Both the position numbers and the translations under genes were made by a program. Source: Campylobacterota bacterium (GTDB taxonomy: Bacteria; Campylobacterota; Campylobacteria; Campylobacterales; Sulfurimonadaceae). From it: a stretch of 22,842 nucleotides of DNA. The notes under the pieces were generated by a model, which made no database searches, was not told where the DNA came from, and saw nothing but the letters and a program-made list of their open reading frames with translations. The stretch covers positions 12,966-35,807 of the forward strand of contig JAYEMF010000106.1 of NCBI GenBank assembly GCA_034717975.1, written 5' to 3'. Within the stretch, counting starts at the first letter, position 1. Each line of letters starts with the position of its first letter. Shown one piece after another: positions 15,022 to 22,842 of the stretch.

Positions 15022-17121
15022 GTGAAGAAAATCATATTAAGCAGCGCGTTAGCGCTTATACTGGCTGGCAGGACCATGGCGGCAGAGGGGATGAAGGCGA
15101 TCGAAGTCGTCAATATCGCGACGAAAACGGAAAAAAGTATTGACGGAGTGGCCGCTACGGTTGATGTCATTACCCAGAAAGATATCGAAAAGATGGGGGC
15201 AGAAAGCCTGAAGGAGATTATCGAAAAGACACCGGGGCTCACGATGCAGTATGGAACGTTCCCAAGCTCATCTTCAAAGAGTAAATCTTCTATTGCTATT
15301 CGTGGTATGGGGGCAAATGGGACGCTGTTTCTACTTGATGGCAGAAGACTCGCGGGAGAAGTAAAAAACCCTTATGACTTAGACCGTATCCCAGCTTCCA
15401 TTATCCAGAGAATCGAAATAGTAAAAGGTCCAATGAGTTCGCTTTACGGTGCTGATGCTGTTGGCGGGGTTATAAACATCATCACGAAAAGACCAGCGGA
15501 TGAGATGAAGATCGATGTAGGTGCCAGATATGGTGCGAATAAGGATGGCGATGCACAAAATGCGAATCTCTCTTTAAGTGTCCAGGGTGAAAACGAAGGG
15601 TTTGGATACAGCGCTTACGCAGGCTTTACAACAACTGACCCATATACACAAAAAGAAGTTGCGGATGTTTATGCAAAAACACCGGGAGGAAATGTAAAAC
15701 CGTCTGCTCATCCAAATCCCGCTATCCAAAACATACAAGACTACTATGATGTAGACACAACATATCGTGAAGACAGCACCATCTATACGTTAGGTACTCG
15801 ACTCTCATATGAGTTTACATCTGATTTAATTGCCGGGATGGATGTGAACTATTTCAAAGAGGAGCGAGACGGTATTTATATAGGGTATATTCACCCAGCT
15901 ACAACCGGGGGTGGACCGGTTCCGATCTATAACAATCCAGTAAACTCGCACGATGAAAATAATCGTCTGGATTTAAGTGCAGACATAGAGTATGTGCCAA
16001 CTGATGACCTGTTGATCAAAGCCCGTATCTACAATAGCAATTATGAAAAACGAAATACAACCACTGCCAGAAATTGGGCCGATATGGGTTATGCCAATGA
16101 AGATGCATCTGCAAATGCCGCTATGAACGCTGATGTCGATATCACAGTTTATGAAGCATCTGCTACATACTTTGCAGTTGAGAGCCATCTCCTTACCGGT
16201 GGGGCTGAGTACCGGGATGAGAGAAGAAAGTCTTCCGTGTTTAACAACAATGTCAGCATTACCGAGAAAAAAGTCGACTATACATCTGTCTACCTTCAAG
16301 ATGAATGGGAAGTAACTGAAACATTCAACACAATTCTTGGTGCGAGGTATGAAGATATCAGCAATGCCGAGGACAAGCCCACATTTCGTGCAGGCGGTAT
16401 CTATGCTTTTGATGAGCTGGCAAAATTGAGAGCAAACTTTGCGCAGGGCTTTCGTACACCGGATATACGAGAGATGTACATAAATATGAATACGCCCAAT
16501 GGCCCTCAACGGGGTGCTGATGTTATGGGGTATGATCTAAAACCGGAATCAACAGATGCCTTTGAAATTGGGCTTGGTGGCCGTAATGCCAAATTCAGCT
16601 ATGACCTTGCAGTTTTTTATAACAAAATTGAAAACAAAATTGAGCAGGTTCAAAATGGCGCCATCACAACATTTGAAAATGTCTCAGATGCAAATACAAA
16701 AGGTATGGAGCTGTCTCTTAACTACCAACTGCTGGATAATTTAGGCAGTACGTTCTTTTGGACTGAGCTAAGAACTGAAAATGAAGAGACTAAAAAAGAT
16801 CTTGAGTTTAACCCGGAGAGAACTTTGATGCTTAGTTTTGATTATCAAGTCACAAAAGCGTTAAATCTCGGAGTAATTGGTAAGTACATTGGTGAGCAGC
16901 GCTATACAGAGGTCATAAACAGAGGTGCTCCAACTCAGAGTGCAGATCCTGATGCTAAAACAGATGCCTTTAGTATTGTCGATCTCACTGCTTCTTATGA
17001 TATCACGGAAGCATTTAACCTTTATGGCGGTATCAATAATATTTTTGATGAAAAAGTCGATGATGTCCTCGGCTCCAATGTCGGGGTTTTCTACTTCGCA
17101 GGGATCAGAGCGAGCTTCTAA
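15022..17121 (+). CDS. TonB-dependent outer membrane receptor (CirA/FepA-like)
   Basis: Signal peptide; IRGMG...TLFLLDGRR, IQRIEIVKGPMSSLYGADAVGGVINIITK, GFRTP, LKPE, NNIFD, terminal Phe. Confidence 0.95.
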   Translation: MKKIILSSALALILAGRTMAAEGMKAIEVVNIATKTEKSIDGVAATVDVITQKDIEKMGAESLKEIIEKTPGLTMQYGTFPSSSSKSKSSIAIRGMGANGTLFLLDGRRLAGEVKNPYDLDRIPASIIQRIEIVKGPMSSLYGADAVGGVINIITKRPADEMKIDVGARYGANKDGDAQNANLSLSVQGENEGFGYSAYAGFTTTDPYTQKEVADVYAKTPGGNVKPSAHPNPAIQNIQDYYDVDTTYREDSTIYTLGTRLSYEFTSDLIAGMDVNYFKEERDGIYIGYIHPATTGGGPVPIYNNPVNSHDENNRLDLSADIEYVPTDDLLIKARIYNSNYEKRNTTTARNWADMGYANEDASANAAMNADVDITVYEASATYFAVESHLLTGGAEYRDERRKSSVFNNNVSITEKKVDYTSVYLQDEWEVTETFNTILGARYEDISNAEDKPTFRAGGIYAFDELAKLRANFAQGFRTPDIREMYINMNTPNGPQRGADVMGYDLKPESTDAFEIGLGGRNAKFSYDLAVFYNKIENKIEQVQNGAITTFENVSDANTKGMELSLNYQLLDNLGSTFFWTELRTENEETKKDLEFNPERTLMLSFDYQVTKALNLGVIGKYIGEQRYTEVINRGAPTQSADPDAKTDAFSIVDLTASYDITEAFNLYGGINNIFDEKVDDVLGSNVGVFYFAGIRASF

Positions 17122-17133
17122 GATATAAGGCGT

Positions 17134-18441
17134 TTAGTTGCCGGTTTTCATATTCCGGGCTAGCGCCGTTTTATGTTCCTGAAGGTTTTGTATCACTAAA
17201 TTCATATGCAGTTGCAGATCATAATACTCATTCATATACGAAAGCGGTACGTCGGTGTTTTGTTTTATGCCTTCTAGTATCTCTTTTAGATCGATGATCT
17301 CTTTTTCCGTCTCATCCATGTTCATAGTGCTTAGGCGTTTATTGATATCATGCAGCTTTTCGTAACGGCCATAGATCTTGTGACGGATCTGCCAGCGATA
17401 CAGCGGCATGGCCCCTTTGATAAGGGGGATAAATAAGATGAGAAGCGGTATGACCAGGATCATCAGACGCTTGATCTGTGATGCGATCCAAAAAGGGAAG
17501 ATCCGATCAAGCCAGCCATCGCCTTCTTTCAGATAGATATCGGCTTCCGGACTCATCTCTATGTCTGTGTATCTACTGCTTGGAAATGCTCCTTCATCTT
17601 CAAAAACACCGCCTTTGCTGTGTACTTTCTTGGCTGCTTGCAAGATGAGTCGTACAATATCGGGATGCAGGTCCTCTTTGGCCAGCAAAGTCGCAACGGT
17701 AGCGATCATGCTGATCTCTTCGCTTGGGATATTGTCGCGTACATTTACCATCCCTTCGGCAATGTCCACTTTTGAGATGTAAGGGAAGCGTTTATCGTAA
17801 GCGTGAGCACGTTTAAAACTCATCAAGTGGACATTACTATCGTAAAAGAGCTCTTTTATCAAAGAGGTATAGGCACCGGAAACATTGAAAACAGCATCTA
17901 TCTCCCCTGCTAATATGGCATTTTTTGCCTCTTCGTTCGAGAGGTGCAAAAAAGTCGTATTGTCTGCTGTGACACCGTTCATATTTAAGATCTCGATGGA
18001 AAGCCTGTAGGTACCGCTCTCTTCTTTGCCGATAGCCAGACGTTTACCGACAAGCTGAGAAATGTACATGACATTACCCAGCTCGGTCCGATAGAAGATC
18101 CAGAGCGGCTCAAAGTAGAGGCTGGCCAGTGAATAGAGACTCAGATGCTGATAATCCGAAGTGGTCCCGCCCTGAATGAAGGCCATGTCGGCTTTGTTTT
18201 TCTCCAGCATCTTCAATGCGGCAATGGAGCCATCGGAGGGAATGATATTTAGGGTAACCCCTTCATCTTTCAGAAGTTCTTGATACTTCAAGGCTGTTTT
18301 ATAATAGACACCATCTTTTTCGCCGGTGATGATAGAAACACTTTTAGGGGCAATAGGATCAAGATATTGGTAGCCAATGCCAAAAAGTATGGCAATAAAA
18401 ATGAGGATCAATATACCCTCTTTGCATAAAGCGCAGCGCAT
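17134..18441 (-). CDS. TAXI family TRAP solute-binding protein with C-terminal membrane helix
   Basis: TG-x-x-DGVY, S-x-GS, DMAFIQGG, EPLWIFYR, IG-x-x-x-SGT; extra TM (PFWIA...IPLLILFIPL) and helical tail. Start uncertain (18441 or 18447). Confidence 0.8.
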   Translation of the reverse strand: MRCALCKEGILILIFIAILFGIGYQYLDPIAPKSVSIITGEKDGVYYKTALKYQELLKDEGVTLNIIPSDGSIAALKMLEKNKADMAFIQGGTTSDYQHLSLYSLASLYFEPLWIFYRTELGNVMYISQLVGKRLAIGKEESGTYRLSIEILNMNGVTADNTTFLHLSNEEAKNAILAGEIDAVFNVSGAYTSLIKELFYDSNVHLMSFKRAHAYDKRFPYISKVDIAEGMVNVRDNIPSEEISMIATVATLLAKEDLHPDIVRLILQAAKKVHSKGGVFEDEGAFPSSRYTDIEMSPEADIYLKEGDGWLDRIFPFWIASQIKRLMILVIPLLILFIPLIKGAMPLYRWQIRHKIYGRYEKLHDINKRLSTMNMDETEKEIIDLKEILEGIKQNTDVPLSYMNEYYDLQLHMNLVIQNLQEHKTALARNMKTGN

Positions 18442-18453
18442 GATCACGATCCT

Positions 18454-20439
18454 TTATTTGATATTTCGACTTAAGGCTTCTATCTGCGTTTTAATGACAT
18501 CGAATTTTTTGTCATAGGCAAAGCAGGCCCCGGTGGTACAGGCAAGATAGAGGCCGCTGTTGTCGGGCTTGGTCAGTAGATACGGAAAGGCGATGGCTTC
18601 TATGGCTTCTCTCTTTTCCTGCAGGATATTCTGACTCTGCTTCAGCACCACGACGCCGTAACGCGCCATCAGGTAGGCGATAGCCGATGAAGGGGCGTCT
18701 GCTTGTTGTGCTTCGATCTCGCGAAGATGATGCTGCATCGAAGCGGTGGCGATAGCAGCATATTTCGGTCTCTCTTTGATGGCTGCAAGCCTGTAAAGAT
18801 TTTGCATCATCCGCCCAAAGTGGGAGGTGTAGTACTTGTCTCTCAGATCAACTTTGACACGCATTTCCTCACTGTTTTGCACCCAGGCACCATTGCTGTA
18901 AAACAGTTTTTTTGCTTTATCACTCAGCTGTGCGGCCAAAAGCAGATGCTTTTTATCGTAGGTTATCTCATAGGCTTTGATCAGTGCGGAGATCATAAAA
19001 GCGTAATCCTCCAGCAGCCCCTCCTGGACAGGCTCTTTCCCATAGAGACTTTGATGGTAGAGTCTTCCATTGGCAGCCATGGTATTTAGCAGACTTTTTA
19101 AGGCATGATCGGCTTTTTCGGTATAGACAGGGTCGATGGCGGAAGCAGCGTAAAGGGCTTCGATCATCATCGCATTCCAGGCCGTGATGACCTTGGTATC
19201 GATAAAGGGGTAATGCCGTTTGGCACGCAGCTGTTTCAGTGATTTTCTAAAACCGTCAAATCCCTTTGGCCGCTGCTCGCCGAAGAGGTTGATGTGCTGC
19301 TTGCCTTCAAAGTTTCCTGTTTCAAAGAGTTCGATGGCTTTTTCCACTGCTTCGGCATCGTTGCTTCGTGCCACAGCCTGCTTGACTTCGTCGATCGTAT
19401 AGATAAAGTAACCGCCCTCTTCATGATCACTGTCGGCATCGGAGGCGCTGAAGAAGAGGCCGTTTTTCCCAAAGCGCTTTTCGGTCATGGCAATCGTTTC
19501 AATAACGATGTCACGATATAGCTGATCACCACTCAGTTGATAGGCTTTGACATAAAGCGGGATCATCTCCGCCTGATTGTAGAGCATCTTCTCAAAGTGG
19601 GGGATCTCCCATGCCGCATCGGTCGCATAACGGAAAAACCCGCCATCGATATGGTCATATAGCCCGCGAAGCGCCATGACGCGTAACACGTCAAGTGCCA
19701 TCTTCCGGGCATCATCATTGCCCAGCTTTCCCAGATCGAGCAGCAGGGCTATTTTGGAGGCCTCGGGGTATTTGGGGGCAAGGGAGAAACCGATGTAGAT
19801 ATCATCATACATCTTCCGGTAGGAGCTCCAGAGTGTCTTGATATTGATGGTTGTCTGATCAGTCGTGGCCGGGGCTTTTTTGGCCTGCATGATCTTTTCG
19901 ATGGCATTGGCCTGAGTATCGATCAGTTCACGCTGCTTCCGGTAGCGTTTGCCAAGTTTCGGCATAAGCGTATCCATCCCCTCAATGCCGTAATTGGCAC
20001 TGGACGGGATGTAGGTGGCAATGTTAAACGGCTTTAGCTCTTCGGTCATAAAGACACTCAGCGGCCATCCGCCGGAACGTTTTTTGAGTTTTAAAAAGAG
20101 CTGCTGGTAGTGGCTGTCAAGATGCGGCATCTCCTCGCGGTCGACTTTGACGGGGATAAAGTTCCGGTTGATCAGCTCGGCGATCTGCTCGTTCTCAAAC
20201 GACTCATGGGCCATGACATGACACCAGTGGCAGGTGCTGTAACCGATGGATAAGAAGATCGGCTTATGCTCTTTTTTTGCCAGTTCAAACGCTTCGTCTC
20301 CCCATGGCAGCCACTCTACCGGATTGTAGGCATGCTGCTGCAGGTAGGGGGAGTCTTCGTTGATGAGTTCGTTGGGTTGCTGTTGGGCAAAGAGCGCCAG
20401 GGAAAAACAGAGTGATAGAATAAGTGAACGCATAGGCAT
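18454..20439 (-). CDS. Thioredoxin-domain protein, YyaL/DUF255 (SPATA20-like)
   Basis: [56 protein letters not shown] at 20439 with GGAGG RBS. Confidence 0.92.
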   Translation of the reverse strand: MPMRSLILSLCFSLALFAQQQPNELINEDSPYLQQHAYNPVEWLPWGDEAFELAKKEHKPIFLSIGYSTCHWCHVMAHESFENEQIAELINRNFIPVKVDREEMPHLDSHYQQLFLKLKKRSGGWPLSVFMTEELKPFNIATYIPSSANYGIEGMDTLMPKLGKRYRKQRELIDTQANAIEKIMQAKKAPATTDQTTINIKTLWSSYRKMYDDIYIGFSLAPKYPEASKIALLLDLGKLGNDDARKMALDVLRVMALRGLYDHIDGGFFRYATDAAWEIPHFEKMLYNQAEMIPLYVKAYQLSGDQLYRDIVIETIAMTEKRFGKNGLFFSASDADSDHEEGGYFIYTIDEVKQAVARSNDAEAVEKAIELFETGNFEGKQHINLFGEQRPKGFDGFRKSLKQLRAKRHYPFIDTKVITAWNAMMIEALYAASAIDPVYTEKADHALKSLLNTMAANGRLYHQSLYGKEPVQEGLLEDYAFMISALIKAYEITYDKKHLLLAAQLSDKAKKLFYSNGAWVQNSEEMRVKVDLRDKYYTSHFGRMMQNLYRLAAIKERPKYAAIATASMQHHLREIEAQQADAPSSAIAYLMARYGVVVLKQSQNILQEKREAIEAIAFPYLLTKPDNSGLYLACTTGACFAYDKKFDVIKTQIEALSRNIK

Positions 20440-20629
20440 TATCGACCTCCAGCCTTGAGGGGTAGTAAAGCGTGTACATAATCCCATGAAAATGAATCAT
20501 GTCTAATGATAACAAAAAATTATTCTAAAGTGAGAATTTTTTATTTGATGTACGATGTAATGAAAAAGTGTGAGAAGGATATGCAAGCAGAATAATGGCT
20601 GGTTAAACCCCGCCTATAAAGACAGTGGT

Positions 20630-21841
20630 TTAAAAACTATCGAGCAAGATAACGTTGACAGCCATTCCCGCTTCTAGGTTGCCATCCTCTTCACCGGTGA
20701 TCATCAGGGCTGTTTCTCCGAGCATATTGTTCAATATGGCGGAGCTGCCCACTTTTTTCCCTTCAAAATCAACCATAAAACAGCCATCTTCGACAGTGAT
20801 ATTACAGGCGGTAAATTCGCTTTTCTTGGAACGTTTGGCAAACGGCTCTTTGAGGGTCGCTTCGATAATATTGAGTCCTTCGTCACGGCCAAGCATACGC
20901 TGGATCAGTGGTACGGCGTAAAGAATGGCAGTAACGGTTGAGGAGTAGGCAAATCCCGGAAGGGCCAGGATAAACTGTCCGTTTCGCTGGGCGACCATGA
21001 TGTGCTGGCCGGGTTTGATCTTGACACCTTTGTAAATTACTTCGGCACCAAGACGTGGGATAATATCTTTGACAAAGTCATAGTCACCGACACTCACTCC
21101 GCCGGTAGAGATGATGATGTCAGCTGTAGCGAAGGCGTTTTCAAAACCCTGGGTGATGGAGGCTTTGTCATCTTTGATCGTACCGAGCTGAAGGACTTCG
21201 GCACCGGCCATCTGGGCAATCGCGGCAATGGTATAGTTATTGGAACTTCGGATCTGGGAAGGGTTGGATGACTCTTCGCCAAGGTCAAGTATCTCGCTTC
21301 CGGTGGCGACAACAGCGACTTTCGGACGAAGAGCGACAGGGACCATGACACGGTTGAGCCCGGCGAGCACACCGGTTTCGGCAAAGCTGATCTTTGTCCC
21401 TTTTTTGATCAGGACATCGCCTTTTGCATAGCTCTCGGCAACCGGACGGACACTTGCACCATAAGGGACGCTCTCGTTAATGACGATCATCTCATCTTCA
21501 ACAGTGACATTCTCGATCTGGATCAGGGTGTCGGCACCCTCTGGCATAACCGCGCCGGTAAAGGTCTTGATGCACAGACCCTCTTCAACACGGCGTGTCT
21601 CGTCATGGCCGGCAGGATTCTCACCGATGATGGCGATGCGGCCATTGGGAAGATCGCTGTGGACGACGGCATAGCCATCCATGGCAGCGGTCGGGAAGGC
21701 AGGCGAATTTTCAGCGGCAACGATATCTTCGGCGAGGATACGTCCAAGGGCATCGCCCAAAAAGATCTTTTCTGTGCGAAGCGGTCCGGTCTGGAGCAGC
21801 TGCAGCATATTTTGTGAGGTTTCGTATGAGATAAAAGCCAT
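20630..21841 (-). CDS. moeA: Molybdopterin molybdotransferase
   Basis: AMDGYAV, TGAVMPEGADT, TGSE, TGGVSVGDYDFVK, KPG and LPG motifs. Confidence 0.95.
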   Translation of the reverse strand: MAFISYETSQNMLQLLQTGPLRTEKIFLGDALGRILAEDIVAAENSPAFPTAAMDGYAVVHSDLPNGRIAIIGENPAGHDETRRVEEGLCIKTFTGAVMPEGADTLIQIENVTVEDEMIVINESVPYGASVRPVAESYAKGDVLIKKGTKISFAETGVLAGLNRVMVPVALRPKVAVVATGSEILDLGEESSNPSQIRSSNNYTIAAIAQMAGAEVLQLGTIKDDKASITQGFENAFATADIIISTGGVSVGDYDFVKDIIPRLGAEVIYKGVKIKPGQHIMVAQRNGQFILALPGFAYSSTVTAILYAVPLIQRMLGRDEGLNIIEATLKEPFAKRSKKSEFTACNITVEDGCFMVDFEGKKVGSSAILNNMLGETALMITGEEDGNLEAGMAVNVILLDSF

Positions 21842-21843
21842 GG

Positions 21844-22287
21844 TCACTTCCCTTTGAGCAGGCCGCTGCCGGAGATCGGTGTGGAACGGTCGGCCGCGTA
21901 GAGGCGCTCACCGTTTTTAAGATCATATTTCCAGATCGGTGCAGAGGCCTTGAAGTCTTCGACAAACTGGTCGATCATCTCGAGGGCCACACGGCGTTTA
22001 GGTGAAAAGACCGCAGCGATGTAAGAGGATTGATGCAGGGGGACATCGCCTCTGCTGTGCGCCATTTTAACGATGGCGCCGGCCTCTTTTGCGCGCTGCT
22101 GCCAGGCATCGAACCATGAGTTCAGGATCGGCTCGTAGATATCGAAACTGAGACCGTCGATCTCATCTTCGGCACGGACCGTCCCGACAAACGGGATATA
22201 AGCACCGTAATTGCTTGTGGCCTCTTCGTTATACCAGCGTTCCAAAATCGTCGGGACATCAAGCGGTCCTTCATATAGCTCCAGCAT
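21844..22287 (-). CDS. moaE: Molybdopterin synthase catalytic subunit
   Basis: GA-x-x-x-FVGTVR, HS-x-G and K-x-x-APIWK motifs. Confidence 0.95.
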   Translation of the reverse strand: MLELYEGPLDVPTILERWYNEEATSNYGAYIPFVGTVRAEDEIDGLSFDIYEPILNSWFDAWQQRAKEAGAIVKMAHSRGDVPLHQSSYIAAVFSPKRRVALEMIDQFVEDFKASAPIWKYDLKNGERLYAADRSTPISGSGLLKGK

Positions 22288-22290
22288 CTA

Positions 22291-22512
22291 TCAGCCTCCG
22301 CAGACCGGCGGCAGCAGGGAGACTTTGTCACCGGACTTTAACGGGGTCTCAAGGGAGGAGACAAGGGTGTCGTTAACGGCTACGGCAGCACTTTCCAGCC
22401 AGCTTTTTATCTCTTCGTCGTGGCTGAGCTGATCGGCCACTTCCTGTAAACTTGAGGCTTCAAGTTCGATGGCGTCTTTTTGGATCGGTCCTAGAAATTC
22501 TATGCGTACCAT
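22291..22512 (-). CDS. moaD: Molybdopterin synthase sulfur carrier subunit (MoaD/ThiS)
   Basis: AVAVND...L-x-x-GD-x-V-x-LLPPVCGG with C-terminal GG. Confidence 0.95.
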   Translation of the reverse strand: MVRIEFLGPIQKDAIELEASSLQEVADQLSHDEEIKSWLESAAVAVNDTLVSSLETPLKSGDKVSLLPPVCGG

Positions 22513-22546
22513 TGGGAAAATTCCATTTGTTAATTATTTTGGGGAG

Positions 22547-22552
22547 ATTATA
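22547..22552 (-). promoter_or_regulatory. Candidate -10 box (TATAAT) for moaD-moaE-moeA
   Basis: Minus-strand TATAAT about 35 nt upstream of the moaD ATG. Confidence 0.5.
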
Positions 22553-22615
22553 GCCAAAGGGACTTTAGCTCAATTTATAGTCTTATGGTAAGCCTTGGTT
22601 TTATAGCCGTATTCT

Positions 22616-22650
22616 GTCACTTTTTTGTACCGGCAAAAAGGTAACCAAAA
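22616..22650. repeat. Imperfect palindrome, REP-like
   Basis: GTCACTTTTTTG-TACCGG-CAAAAAGGTAAC in non-coding DNA. Confidence 0.35.
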
Positions 22651-22842
22651 AGCCTATTTTCTGGAGGTTCCTGTAAATTTCTCTCTATTTTCGAGACTGT
22701 TCAGAGTTTTGTGTCAGGCTCCGATGTATAGTTTATGGCTTTTACAGAGCTATGGCTTCCAAACTTCTAATTCTTAATTATCAGTCATTTCATATTGCAT
22801 ATATTATTAACTTATTCCAAAGGTTTAGATGTTATAAATACA

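Noticed and set aside
14934..15143. 69-aa ORF with HHYYLMIIIII
   Set aside because: The low-complexity run is simply the translated ATA/ATT-rich Fur-type box, and the ORF overlaps the receptor start out of frame.
20440..20487. Longer N-terminus of the YyaL ORF
   Set aside because: The GGAGG RBS and signal peptide point to the ATG at 20439.
22513..22842. Moco/tungsten riboswitch upstream of moaD
   Set aside because: The candidate -10 box leaves only a short leader, and I could not recognise the conserved riboswitch elements; an Rfam scan would settle it.
1..22842. CRISPR array, tRNA/rRNA, integrase or transposase
   Set aside because: No regularly spaced direct repeats, RNA-gene signatures or recombinase motifs seen.

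Overview
Bacterial chromosomal window, probably Campylobacterota (Sulfurovum/Sulfurimonas-like; inferred from gene style and AT-rich promoters), dominated by metal-uptake and cofactor genes. Left: an operon of a NifB/NifX-like protein, an MBL-fold hydrolase and ArsP-type permeases (one frameshifted), converging on a DUF1007 plus NicO/RcnA (ZevAB-like) pair behind a NikR-like palindrome. Next come a trmO 5' remnant, a TauE/SafE exporter and a 49-aa four-Cys ORF absent from the ORF track. Centre: a divergent island with five Fur-type boxes. Its leftward arm is a CopD-like gene, a RAPP-motif leader ORF, a TonB-dependent receptor, a NitT/TauT-type ABC transporter and nnrS. Its rightward arm is a 21-aa peptide, DUF2325, an 18-aa GGCTC peptide, a flavodoxin remnant, tonB-exbB-exbD and a second TonB-dependent receptor. 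Right: a TAXI-family binding protein, a YyaL/DUF255 thioredoxin-domain protein and moaD-moaE-moeA. The best candidate for a novel system is a His-rich, CXXC-less RAPP arrest-type leader (CruR/CutF/DUF2946-like). Its last codons carry an anti-Shine-Dalgarno that can pair with the receptor's ribosome-binding site, suggesting a metal-sensing translational switch beneath Fur-type control. All family calls come from motif recognition by eye; no searches were run.
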